Below, piece after piece: positions 1 through 10,935 of a DNA stretch of 20,000 nt (positions are counted from its first letter, which is position 1; each line of letters opens with the position of its first letter). The notes under the pieces were generated by a model. The model was not told the DNA's origin, made no database searches, and worked only from the letters and a program-made list of their open reading frames with translations. This stretch comes from Piedraia hortae CBS 480.64 (taxonomy: Eukaryota), in the NCBI GenBank assembly GCA_010093745.1, contig MU006023.1, positions 52,694-72,693 on the forward strand, in the 5' to 3' direction. The position numbers were made by a program, and so were the translations under genes.

Positions 1-2881
1 CAGGGCGGAGGGAACCCGAAGACAAATACCAGAGACAGAGCGTAAGATAGAGATAGAGTGCACTCTTCTCGTCGTACACGACTTCATAATTTGGAATTCC
101 TATATGTCAACTCAGCCATCCAATGTCGAATGAGCCTCGCGACGTTCCACCATTGCTGCTACACCTGGTGGGGTTGAAAATTATTGGTCAAAATCACCAG
201 GACATGACGTGAAAAGTTGGCAGGCAACAAGTTTGTATTCAGAGGTGAATACGTCGTTGGGCAAACATTGAACTGTCAGTGAGTCACTTGCTCACAAGGC
301 ACCTTGGTTGTATCACCAGAAGGCATTCACTTTTCATTCTTTCCTCTGCAGATATACTCCTCCGTAAGTATATAAGTCTACGTCTCCTTCCACTCTGGAC
401 TTCATCAATATGCATTCCCTCTTCGTTCCAATCCACGTAGACATGGATATACCTGTCTATCACTTATGAAACCAACTTCATGATAACTCACCTACCCACC
501 GAGCGTGGGGTACCGTGGGCAACGGCTTGAAGCACGACTATGTATCTAAGTCACCGCCGGGACTCGGCTTCAACTACCGCAGCAGTGCTATTTACATCTT
601 CTCGAAACGACTGGCTGATCCATTCTACAAAAACCTGGAAAAGCCACATTAAGCCTTCCAAACATGATGCCGCCCAGATGACCTGGTGGAAAAGACCGCG
701 GGTATCGATAATACTGGGTACATTGACTTTCCCATCCTTGACGCCGTGTCTGGGTATCAACCATGCATCCACTTTACCACCCATGATTATACAACTGCTG
801 TGTAGGCAAATTGAAACTGGGAAACTGTTGTGCAGGTCGCCACGGAGCGATCCGCAGGTGATGACCCACATCTCTGACCAGGGTTCGAGTACTCAGAAAT
901 TTTCTTGTAGCTCTAGATACGCGTGTATACTGACACACCTGTGAGGTGCCGCTGCTTATTAGAACAGAAACCATCATCCGCATTCAGCTTTACAAGGTAA
1001 ATACGATAAATTCATTGTGATCTCGATCAACTCAATAACTGCATGACTGGTCACTGTACTGGAATCAACAACTGGCAGAAAATGCTCGAACGAGACCACT
1101 CTTCAGTACATCTTCTACGGATGCCACAAAAACATGCATTTATTTGACATGATGGCCGCTGGGGAATATATAGTCCTTCACATCGCTGTTCTAGTAACAA
1201 TTATTGCCGCGTTTCGTGTTACTCCTCCGAAGGGTCGAAAACGGCTACCTGGAAGGACCTGTTCACTTCAATGTCTGTTTGTGTCACATTCCGGATCATT
1301 TGTGACTGGAGATCTTCAACATTGTACACATCGGTTGACGTATGTATACCGGCAGACGTCTTGATAGGGCACGTCTCACTACTATAAGAGTCTGGAAGGA
1401 GGGAAATTTCATTGTTATGAAGAATGGCCTTCCCCATACCCAAACTCCGCACAAAATTACGCATTACACATACCTGGCGAGACTGGATAACTAATAACCA
1501 TACTTACACCAATTTTTTCATACAACTCAGTCTATCAGAAAGCAACAACATGTGCTGCTTTTCAAACCCCCAAATCAGGGCGTCTAGCAACATCTCATCA
1601 GCTGTGTCAGGGTGGTTCGAGCTACAACTGAAGATACATCGGCCATCGAATCGTCAGATGAGGCTGCTGTTCACCAGATGGGCTCGAATGAAACACGAAA
1701 CTGCTGCCGAAGCCATTGTACTTACACACTATCGTTGGATGGTGGTACCCAAGAGTGTGTGAACGATCTCCCTAGCTTGTGCGATCACTCTGAAGTAGCG
1801 CAACGGCCTGGTTTATGCTCTATATAAGGCATCATTTACCGATTTATTCTCCGGCATCCAACAACAGCGTCGACAAAAGGTGCGCTGCTCGGAGAACTTA
1901 CGACACGACATACTTTTTTGTTTGCACACAACATACCATCCTTTTCGGAATGCAGCATTCTACCGCGAACAAACCGCTTCAGAAAGCAAAAACATATCCG
2001 CCAGCCGTGTCATCCTTGATGCGCGACTGAGGCTTGAAAAACATAATAATTGAGAGTTTTGCATCGATAAAAGCAAAGATGTGAAGAATGTGCCTGGGGT
2101 ACGCTAAGAATGACCATGATTCAGCGAGCGATTCAATATTGTGCATTGTTTTTTGCCTGTTCGTGAGACTGGCATCAGTAAGTTTCGTTAAACTGATGTA
2201 AAAATTGCAGGTCTCATGCACACTAGTTCACTCGTCATCCACCCAGCTACTCGCGAGTCAGTTGCATAACAAGACTGACATTATGGGGGTTGACCATTCA
2301 CGGAGGATATTGAAGTCTGCTCTGGTCAGACACTGGCAACTGCTGTATAACTCTTTCGACTATACTTTCGGCCGTGGAAAATGAAGCCGTGGTAGTGACG
2401 ACAGTATCATTACGACGATGTGCGGACTATTCACCGAGGTTTAGAAGGAAACTAGGTAGTACTCTTCTTGGCACTCTCAAGGGATGAGCTGTTCCCAAAT
2501 GAGGCGGCGTCTTCTTACTGACCATTTTTACATTGGACCTCAAACTTGATTCGCTACTTGGTATGACTGAATGATGTCTCTTAGGATTGTGGGATTGCGG
2601 GCTTGGCTAGTAATTGAGGTATATTGGACAGGCCATTGAAGGCTGTCTGAGGCGTTTATAGCATATTCATAGCAATGAGCACAAGTGTCGACGGCTGCCC
2701 AATTACTACGACTTGTCGAAGCACTCACCCACCCAAAGGACAAATTGTCAAGCTTCGAGCATATCTGCCGGCCAGATAGTTGGCAGACATCCTTGAGGCT
2801 TGCAAATGTCAAACAGGATTGTAACAGGTAAGCTGAACTGAACTCTATTCCTTAACAATGGCTATGTGACCACGGATAGCA

Positions 2882-2897
2882 GCCAAGGATAGCCAAG
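2882..2897 (+). promoter_or_regulatory. Two tandem GCCAAG sites (PacC consensus GCCARG) about 600 bp upstream of the ADH start
   Basis: agccaaggat-agccaagga direct repeat; GCCAAG at 2882-2887 and 2892-2897. Motif match only. Confidence 0.3.
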
Positions 2898-3053
2898 GAA
2901 CCGGCGATCATTCGATCATATTTGCTTTTTTGTGGATTTGAACGCGTAATTTCACGTTAACCTGCGAGGCTGAGATTCGCACGTTCTCCGGTTCATGGTC
3001 CGGGTATGAGTTTCTCCTGTAGGAGGACGCCACTACGGACCATCCTCAAGCTA

Positions 3054-3161
3054 CCCCGCATTCAGGGTGTCGTTTGATTGGCCGTTCAATAGCCGGAATC
3101 ATGTGGCGCGGGGTACATGATCGCGCCTCAAAAACGGTGTCTGCGGGGGAGTCCACCCGCA
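3054..3161. promoter_or_regulatory. Cluster of CreA/Mig1-type SYGGRG boxes plus a TGCGGG-N8-CCCGCA inverted repeat in the ADH promoter
   Basis: CCCCGC at 3054-3059 (GCGGGG on minus), GCGGGG at 3108-3113 and 3143-3148; tgcggg 3142-3147 / cccgca 3156-3161. Located 330-440 bp upstream of the ADH ATG. Confidence 0.45.
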
Positions 3162-3492
3162 ACAGCAAGGGAACTGGCTCAAGGCTTGCCAGCTTTGGTG
3201 ACGCAGGGAACAGCTGATACAAGCAGCACTCGTGAAGAGGAACTTAGCTTAGGTCAGCTGTGATACATTTGCGATAGTAGGAACAGTACCAATGATCATA
3301 CGAATGTCCTCTCCCACCATCACAGTTATAGAGCTGTCAGTTTAAAGTTTAGGTTTGCGTATGTGAGATCTGACACCTCGGCTCTCCCCGGAACCCCGAA
3401 GTGCCCACGGACGACAGCCCCTCATACAATAAAATGTAGACGGCTGCTCAGCTCCAAGAATCACTTCCATCTTACTCCTCCTACTTCCAATC

Positions 3493-4751
3493 ATGGCTCC
3501 CGAAGTTCCAAGACTCAAAAAGCTCAAGTCATCACCAAGACTGGAGAGCCAATCGAATTCAAAGAGATCCCCGTGCAGCAGCCCGGCCCTGATGAAGTTC
3601 TTGTCAACATCAAGTATAGCGGAGTCTGTCACACCGATCTCCACGCTTGGAAGGGTGACTGGCCGCTTGCCACCAAGCTCCCCTTGGTTGGAGGCCACGA
3701 AGGTGCCGGTACTGTGGTTGCAAAGGGTGACCTCGTAGATGACGTTGAAATGTATCACTTCATGTCATACCATGATTTCAATCGCTAACTTTTGCAGTGG
3801 TGACAATGTCGGTGTAAAGTGGATCAACGGCTCATGCCTCGCTTGCGGCTTCTGCCAGCAATCAGACGAACCTTTGTGCGCCAAGGCTCTCATGTCAGGG
3901 TACACTGTTGATGGCACCTTCCAGCAGTATTGCATCGCCAAGGCCGCCCATGTTGCGAGGTTGCCCAAAGAAGTTGACTTGCAGAAAGTTGCCCCAATCT
4001 TGTGCGGTGTGTTATTAAGACTTGCATGGCTTTAAGCATTACTGACAGCAACAGCTGGTATCACGGTCTACAAAGGCCTCAAGGAGTCTGGCGCACGTCC
4101 TGGAGAGACGGTCGCGATCGTAGGTGCGGGAGGTGGTCTGGGTTCATTGGCACAGCAATATGCCAAAGCCATGGGCCTACGCACCATTGCCGTTGACTCG
4201 GGCGACGAAAAGAAAAAACTATGTGAGAAACTCGGCTCCTATGCCTTCGTCGATTTTGCGAAAAGCAAAGACGTGATCAAAGAGGTGCAGGAGGCCACCG
4301 AAGATGGCCTAGGACCCCACGCTGTCCTCCTCGTGGCCGTAAATGAAAAACCCTTCCAGCAAGCTGCGGCTTACGTTCGACCAAGAGGTTAGTTTTACTT
4401 TTCCATTCATGCAATACCTTCTAGCTGACATAACTTCTCAAGGCAGTGTGGTTTGCATCGGTCTTCCGGCCAATGCCGAATTCAAGGCCCTTGTTTTCGA
4501 CACAGTCATCCGTATGATCAACATCCGTGGATCGTATGTCGGCAACCGCAAGGATACCACCGAAGCAATCGAGTTCTTCCGCCGCGGTGTCATCGATGTT
4601 CCCATCGAGACCGTCGGTCTTTCCGAGCTGCCGTCGGTGTACGAAAAGGTAGGCATTTCTATTCCAGAAAGTCCAAGATTTGTGCTAACACTTGGAATAG
4701 ATGGAGAAAGGGCAAATACAGGGAAGATATGTGTTGGATATGAGCAAGTAG
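3493..4751 (+). CDS. ADH1: Zinc-dependent alcohol dehydrogenase (MDR family, Adh1/AlcA-like), 5 exons, about 352 aa if a 1-nt frameshift near 3510 is corrected
   Basis: Exons 3493-3751, 3798-4006, 4055-4387, 4443-4648, 4701-4751; GT-AG introns of 46/48/55/52 nt with ctaac/ctgac branch sites. Motifs: GVCHTD, GHEGAG, structural-Zn [39 protein letters not shown]-terminus GRYVLDMSK*. Exon sum is 1058 nt, one short of 353 codons. Confidence 0.95.
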
Positions 4752-5046
4752 GTGTATGTACTGTACCATGAATAATGAGGATTTTTCTGCAAGGACTTCC
4801 ACCTATCATAGGACTTCAGAAACCACTAGCAACCTTTTCCCGCACCTGTTTGCTGCAGTCCGAGCACAAGGTCGTGTATGGCCGATACTACATATTTCAC
4901 TTCGCTGGCGAGCACAAACCTCATCGCCGTTGGAAAAGTTGAATAAGCGGGTCCTTTCAGAGATTTGAATTCACATCGATGCCAGAATCTTAACCCAAGA
5001 AATCTTCTTACTCATACACCTGCATACATACAATACCAACTACCCA

Positions 5047-5114
5047 CCACCCTCTACCTACCACCCTCTACCTACCACCCTCTACCTACCACCCTCTACC
5101 TACCACCCTCTACC
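5047..5114. repeat. 14-bp perfect tandem minisatellite (CCACCCTCTACCTA) x ~4.9
   Basis: Units begin at 5047, 5061, 5075, 5089 and 5103 (last one partial). It starts about 10 nt downstream of the RhoGEF stop codon on the minus strand. Confidence 0.95.
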
Positions 5115-5124
5115 CAAAAACCCC

Positions 5125-7797
5125 TCATCCAAGTACCCTCCTCAATCTACTCCTTCTAGTCCTCAACTTAACCGCATCTAACTGCGGTGGAACAACCTCA
5201 TCCCCCGCCCCATCTACCTGCGAGATCGGCCCAACGGGGGACCACATAGTTTCCTTCCCCAACGGTCCAGAACTAACACACCTCTTCGAAGCTGAAAACC
5301 CACTCGCAAAGCTAGCGATGCTCAATTTTCTAATAACATTACTCGCCGAAGCGCGGAGCGGATCAGTCATCTTGGACGTCATACCAGGATAAGGCAAAAG
5401 GTCCTTTGTCCATACATCCGCAAGCAGACTCTCTAAACGGACACGGTCTGCACGGCGGGGAGCCAGGATTTGGGCGTTACTGTCTCCAGTCAATGTGGAC
5501 ACGGTTTGTGAGCGGGTAGTGGGATACTCGAGGGCCTCTTTCGCGGTCAGGGTGTTTTTGATAACCACTTGGACTGTTTCCACGCCCTCGGAGAGGGTCG
5601 CTGCGCGGCGGACGGATGGGCAGGATGCGGAAAAGTTCTTTTTGTGGTAATTTTTGCCGATACTACGCATTTCAGTGACAAGAGGGGAGTGGAGCTGGAT
5701 TCCATGGATGCCCGAAGATGCGTTGCGGGACTGGGTGGTGATGCATTCCGTCAGATTCTCACGCCAGACATTGGCTTCGACAGAGGAACATGCTGTTAGC
5801 AAGAGTTCGTAGACCTGTGTGCCGCGTTCGAATTCAAGTTTCCAGGTATATGGTGTTGTGGAGCATTGTAGGCCTGATCCGTTTTCGCAAGAGGTTATAT
5901 CGACGCGGTCGAGGGATATTCCCACCAATGCACTGTATTTTTGTTGGCCTTCGACGGCACATGCAAGGAGGAGGGTTGATTTGAATAGGATGCAGACGAG
6001 GTAGTTGCCTTTGATGCGGGTTTTGGAATGCCAGGAGACATAAAGACAGCCGCAGAGCACGACTTGGCCTAGGAGCTGGAGGAAGATTGATCGAGGCACT
6101 TGACCAGAGAAGTTGAGTCGTTCACCAACTAGCCAGGTTCGTTCTAGTGCTTGCAGTTTGTCGCGGTCTGCGCTGGCTTGGTCAATGCGATGGCATACTT
6201 TTTTCAGCTCGTCGAGCAGTGTCTCGATTGTAGAGTGGCAGGAAGGGTCATCAAAGGCTGGTGTTAGTCTTGAAAGATCTCCAAATAGCAGCTCATATCG
6301 CGGTAGGCGTTGTATGGGCTACAGAGTCTTAGCCAGATATAGACTGCGACAGATCAAATGCTCACCTTTATCAATAAGTCCTTCAACGTCGAGGCTTTCC
6401 GTGCATTCGCCTCTCGACATTGTGCAGGATCCGTGGCGTGAGCCAATGCTTCAATAGCAATGTCATATTTCGGCCTAATTGGTGTCAAAAATACACCTCT
6501 GTCCCCCAGCAAAGTCTTACCAAATGGCAATGGACTGCTGCATATGCTCCACATCAGCACGCACGACTTCAAAGTAAACGCCAAAATCAGCATATTCCGC
6601 CAATCGAGGAAGATGGAGCAGAAAGATGTTGGCCACGGCTGTAATCGTGTCTGGAGAACAGAACATTGTTTCATCTTCAGATCTGCGACTAATGTCAAGA
6701 GAGCGGTGGGCTTGTCGGGTATTGCGGTGAGATTTCAGTCTGGGCACGGAGCCATCGACACTGTTCCATCGGGAATGAGATGGGGCAGAGCGCTGCGGAG
6801 TCCCACCGTCTGAGAATGGGATTGCAATCCGAAGCTCGGCAATTATATCTTGGTGGAGATGGATCAAATGGGATAGCATCAAGGATGCCCGTTTACGCAC
6901 AAGACTGCCACTGTCGGATCGATATCCCAGCACGGTTGACAGTACCTGTCAATATTAGCGTGGATATTTTGAGTTGCGAAGATGACAGACATTGCAGAGG
7001 GTTTTGAGATCGGCAACGTAGCTTTCCTCGGTGTGAAGAAGCTCCAACACCTTCTCTCGCCGCATTTGGGAACGCGTCCTAGCAGCAGCATCAAGCAAGC
7101 CGCGCTGAGAATCAACGGAAGTTCTTGGATCAGAAGTCACGCTGCTTCTATCCTGTCTCTGTCGGAGCTTGTTGGTGTAATTCGATAAAGTAGCCATACT
7201 GGCGCTTGTGGCTGTTTTGATAGTAGCAACGAAACCAGACGATCCACCTGAACTTGACTGTTTATGATGCGTTGGCTTTGAATGTTCTGTGCGTTTCGGT
7301 TCGTCAAAGTCGTCAAGCGGCCATCGTGCAGCACTGGGAGTTGTGATGGCAACCTGGTGCTGCTTTCTGCGCCGCAATTGGCTCATCCATCGACTGAATG
7401 GCTTCTCTTCACTTGCGACTGTCCACACTTTGCTCTTCTTGGGCGTAATAGCTGGCAAAGATTTTGACATACCGATCCCATGTTTGGTTTGCTTGACTCG
7501 GCCAGCTTGATCATCGTAGTCTGAGTGACATAGAGCACTGTCAATCTTTTCAATTGGAGCTTTTCTGTTGGTTCTCGAATCAAGACGTTGAAGTTCAGGA
7601 AAGTTATCACTTCCAGGATAGACACTACGGCTTGCAACCATTATAGGCGGCTTCGCGCCCGGATGTGACCAGTCAGGCGTATAGTCAAAATTTGCAAATG
7701 GGTCTATCCAATCATCATAAACCCTCTTCCGCTTTACGGTTGCATTGGAACTGTCGGATGAAGAGTAACCTGCCGCATCGTCAAGGATAAGTTCCAT
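5125..7797 (-). CDS. Rho guanine nucleotide exchange factor (DH domain plus PH-like domain), 4 exons, about 844 aa
   Basis: Exons 7797-6991, 6945-6521, 6474-6366, 6318-5125; GT-AG introns of 45/46/47 nt join the frames cleanly. DH hallmarks: RREKVLELLHTEESYVADLKTL and LKDLLIKPIQRLPRYELLF. These are followed by LLGQVVLCGCLYVSW...YELLLTACSSVEANVWRENL (PH-like). The N-terminus is Ser-rich and probably disordered. Confidence 0.9.
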
Positions 7798-8425
7798 GAC
7801 ATCTACTCACACAGGAAGAAGGGCTGTTTGGTATCATACGGGCGAGACGGGACATCTGATGACGAAAATTGGTAATAGGAAAGGTAAGCGCGTGCCGTGT
7901 TCTCATGTTGCACTAGCGAGGCAACTGCGATGGAAAGTTATTAGTAACCACGGCCGGCTACATCCACACATACATGTTCAAAACAGGGTTCAAGATAGCA
8001 CAAGCACAACCGTCTTCATCAGTGACAACAAACATGTATTCTGACTTCGAGAGTGTGAATTCAATTTTCACGGGATAGTAGTCTCAAGTGTAATTCAAAG
8101 TTCGAAATTTTCCGTGTTGGATCAATTCAGTTGTTCACCGGGCCCCATTAAATTGGTCTTTCTAGAGCTGAACATTACGCAAAAACGGTGCCTTCAGAGA
8201 ACATCATCCCGAATTGATATAACATGAGTTAAAAACATTTCGCGATCGTTTGCTTGTCCAAGAGTGCTTGTATCCTAACCCACGTCTATAGCAGTGAATA
8301 ATGCTGAGGTACGTCAACTGATGTCACGCCTAAGGTCATTGGATGTTGCATACAGTTATTCACCTCCGTAGGATCAGTCACACAATCATCGAATATTTTG
8401 TCGGTGTGACCCATGCCAAGAGGGA

Positions 8426-8480
8426 TATAAAAGCCCCAGTCCACCACCCCTTCCTTCCTCATATCTCAGCTTTCCATCCT
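8426..8480 (+). promoter_or_regulatory. TATAAAA box followed by a CT-rich tract (possible core promoter with no intact gene downstream)
   Basis: TATAAAAG at 8426-8433, then ccaccaccccttccttcctcatatctcagctttccatcct; GCCAAG at 8415-8420. Confidence 0.25.
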
Positions 8481-9136
8481 AATAGCATCGACTGCTTTCA
8501 TTGTGTAGGATATCTACACGAATATCACACACACCTCAAAAGTAATATACCTCCATTTGTCATGGAAGACAATGCGATATGAAGTGTTTATTTCCAAAAC
8601 CTCGTAATCAGTACATGGGCTAAAGTGCTGCAATATCATACGGCACACACACATAAGCAATGAAGCAAGACAGTTTACCTGCATCTTACAAAACCTTTTG
8701 ACCTCTCGAAGCAGCACTTTTCAAACTATCAAGCATATACCAGACACAGTTCTCCCGCAGGCTGTGCGAGGAACAGAATACCCAGCCTTCAATGAAGCGA
8801 AAACAACACCCAGATAACCATTGAGTCTGGGTCTTTCAATCCCACTAAGGAAATATCTCAAACCCGGCAGAACACAATGCTGGGGAAGGATAATCTGGGC
8901 GTGCGCCAATCATACTATCATCCTGATCAGAGAGATGAAGCACATGTGTTTGAAACGAGGTCAATGAAGAGTTCTCAAACTCTCTGAGAGGGAGAGATAG
9001 CGTGAAATCCTGCGAAAGCGAAATAGAGAAGTCGAGACATTGCTTCTGGTGCGGGATCTCATCAGCCCCATTATATCCTATTGCGGGAACTGCGATCCGA
9101 TTGTGCTTTCCTCAACCATTTACTTAATAAGATTTT

Positions 9137-10374
9137 ACTTCGGGGAATGCGGATGGCAGTGTCAACATCAGATTCCCGGCAATAAGGGATACGAGCACGA
9201 GCAGAAGCTGCGTCAAGCAAAAGGAAGTCCGACGTGAGGAAAGTCCCATTAGTTACTTTTGAATACACATAGTCAACTGGGACGTGGCTTCACTGGCGAA
9301 CCTTTTGAATCATATCGTTATTCAACGCAACTGGAGTGGTTATGTTTCTCCAAACACGACACGAAAGAACGTCTCTCTCCACTACGAAGCATCCACCGAG
9401 TCGCCCATCCTTCCATCGAAACCACTCCGATCATTGACAAAGGCTGTCCAAGTGTTTCTCGAATTCTTACAGTCGTCACCACAATCGCGATCTGACTGTC
9501 CTGAGCCTAATCCTTGAATAACCAGTGATGGCAGCATAGCGTTTCATTCCCAGAATAATATCCGTAGAGCAATGCTTTCATTCGACATACTGGACATCAA
9601 AATCTAGGATACATTATGGCCCTATACGCTGTACAAAAACTTCCAACATGGCGAAAAGGCATCAGCAAATTTCCTTTCCCAAAGACATCGACAGCAAAAT
9701 AAGTCGAACTGGGACAGATTTTATAGAAAGCGAGGGGAACAGCCTGATGATTTTTGAGGAAATCCTGAACAAGCGATGGTTCTTCTCCCACTCAGCTGTT
9801 GGTGTTGTGTTTGTCGCTTGCTGTTGCGGGGAAGCTGGACATAACAATGGCTAAGAATGTGCTGGGTTCAAGTGTAGCCCGAATGCTACGAGAGTGGCAA
9901 GCCGGAGTTGCACTGATGGAAGTGGATTATTTTGCTTGGCTCCTCGGACTGGTACTGTGAACGGATGGGTTAGAGGGAGTACTTATTGATGCGGAATTAT
10001 CAGCTCGACAGTGGGAGTATTGGAGGGACATGTCCGTGCTTACAATGGCTCGCCTTGCTCCGGATTTTGCAGCATTGGTTCGTTCAGTAGCCTCCCTCTT
10101 TATGGAAAATTCACCGCGACAGCTAGCAACAATGGCAAATGCATTACCTTTCCTTAAAATAGAAGATGGGGTTATTTGCTGGTTATCCTCTCCAAATCGC
10201 ATATTCCGTCGAAATGGAATGCTCAAGGTGGGAGAGTTCCAGAATCGGAGTCTTGTTACATGGACGATGGACCTGCAGAATGATCATCAGCATCTCGCGG
10301 AAGCAAAACGCATCGGCGTTAAACTAGAGTGCCGGTTTCGCTCAGCATGGTTTTTTCTACTCCTGAGCGGATAG
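9137..10374 (+). pseudogene. Probable decayed protein-coding gene of unknown family
   Basis: One frame is open from 9769 to 10374 (about 200 codons) with a single internal TGA at 9958-9960. Another frame runs 9137-9517 with a single internal TGA at 9260-9262. Protein-like pieces in between need frameshifts. No family recognised. Confidence 0.35.
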
Positions 10375-10935
10375 ATACTGATCATGGAAGACTCCGGCAT
10401 TAAGACAGTAATGCGTCCATAGTCTCAGGAATAGAATTTTGCTCGAATTCAGGATATCATAGTAGTAGGTATGTGTTTGTAACTTTCCAATATTTATTGT
10501 CACCGATGAGGAGCTTTTGAGACAGTGGAATGACATTGAAGTTGGGCGCAACTTAGCAGCTTGTTAAGATGGTGAGTTGTTTTTCCCTATCCGAAAGTGC
10601 ACATGATGTAAAAATATGACATATTTGGCATATGGCGAATAGCAACGGGATGTTGGCATTTCTTGCACCGACTTTTTGGACCATTTCCACTAAGAACCGG
10701 TGCACAATTGTCTTGGTTCAAGCGGCATACGTAAAACGGGTTCTAAAAGTGATGCAAAGATCTTATTCTCTTCAAGGACGGCTCGGCCCGATCGCAAAAT
10801 AGCATTAACAGCCTTGTCTCGGCGGAATAGCCAACGGTTGCCAACAATAGCATTTGCCTCAACGTTACTTGTCAAAGATAACAATTGTTAAGCCTGGCTT
10901 CCCAAATTTTCCACCATAACAATTGACTCTGCATC

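Noticed and set aside
540..944. 134-aa plus-strand ORF
   Set aside because: No recognisable motif or convincing gene structure; it overlaps a minus-strand frame that looks at least as protein-like.
1134..2812. Several 70-112 aa ORFs on both strands
   Set aside because: No domains, no consistent splice model and mostly non-ATG starts; treated as intergenic, although decayed genes cannot be excluded.
4649..4771. ADH intron-4 retention or stop read-through creating a peroxisomal isoform
   Set aside because: The retained-intron frame ends in ...VCTVP with no PTS1, and the stop context TAG-GTG is not the TGA-CTA read-through motif.
5047..5114. Tandem repeat as a CRISPR array or telomere
   Set aside because: No spacers, eukaryotic context, unit is not TTAGGG, and the position is internal; it is a simple minisatellite.
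5569..7637. Many short ORFs antisense or out of frame to the RhoGEF
   Set aside because: Shadow ORFs of the real spliced CDS.
9760..9830. WFFSHSAVGVVFVA resembling an alpha/beta-hydrolase AHSLGG motif
   Set aside because: Match is too loose and lacks G-x-S-x-G-like spacing; the alternative frame reads more continuously.
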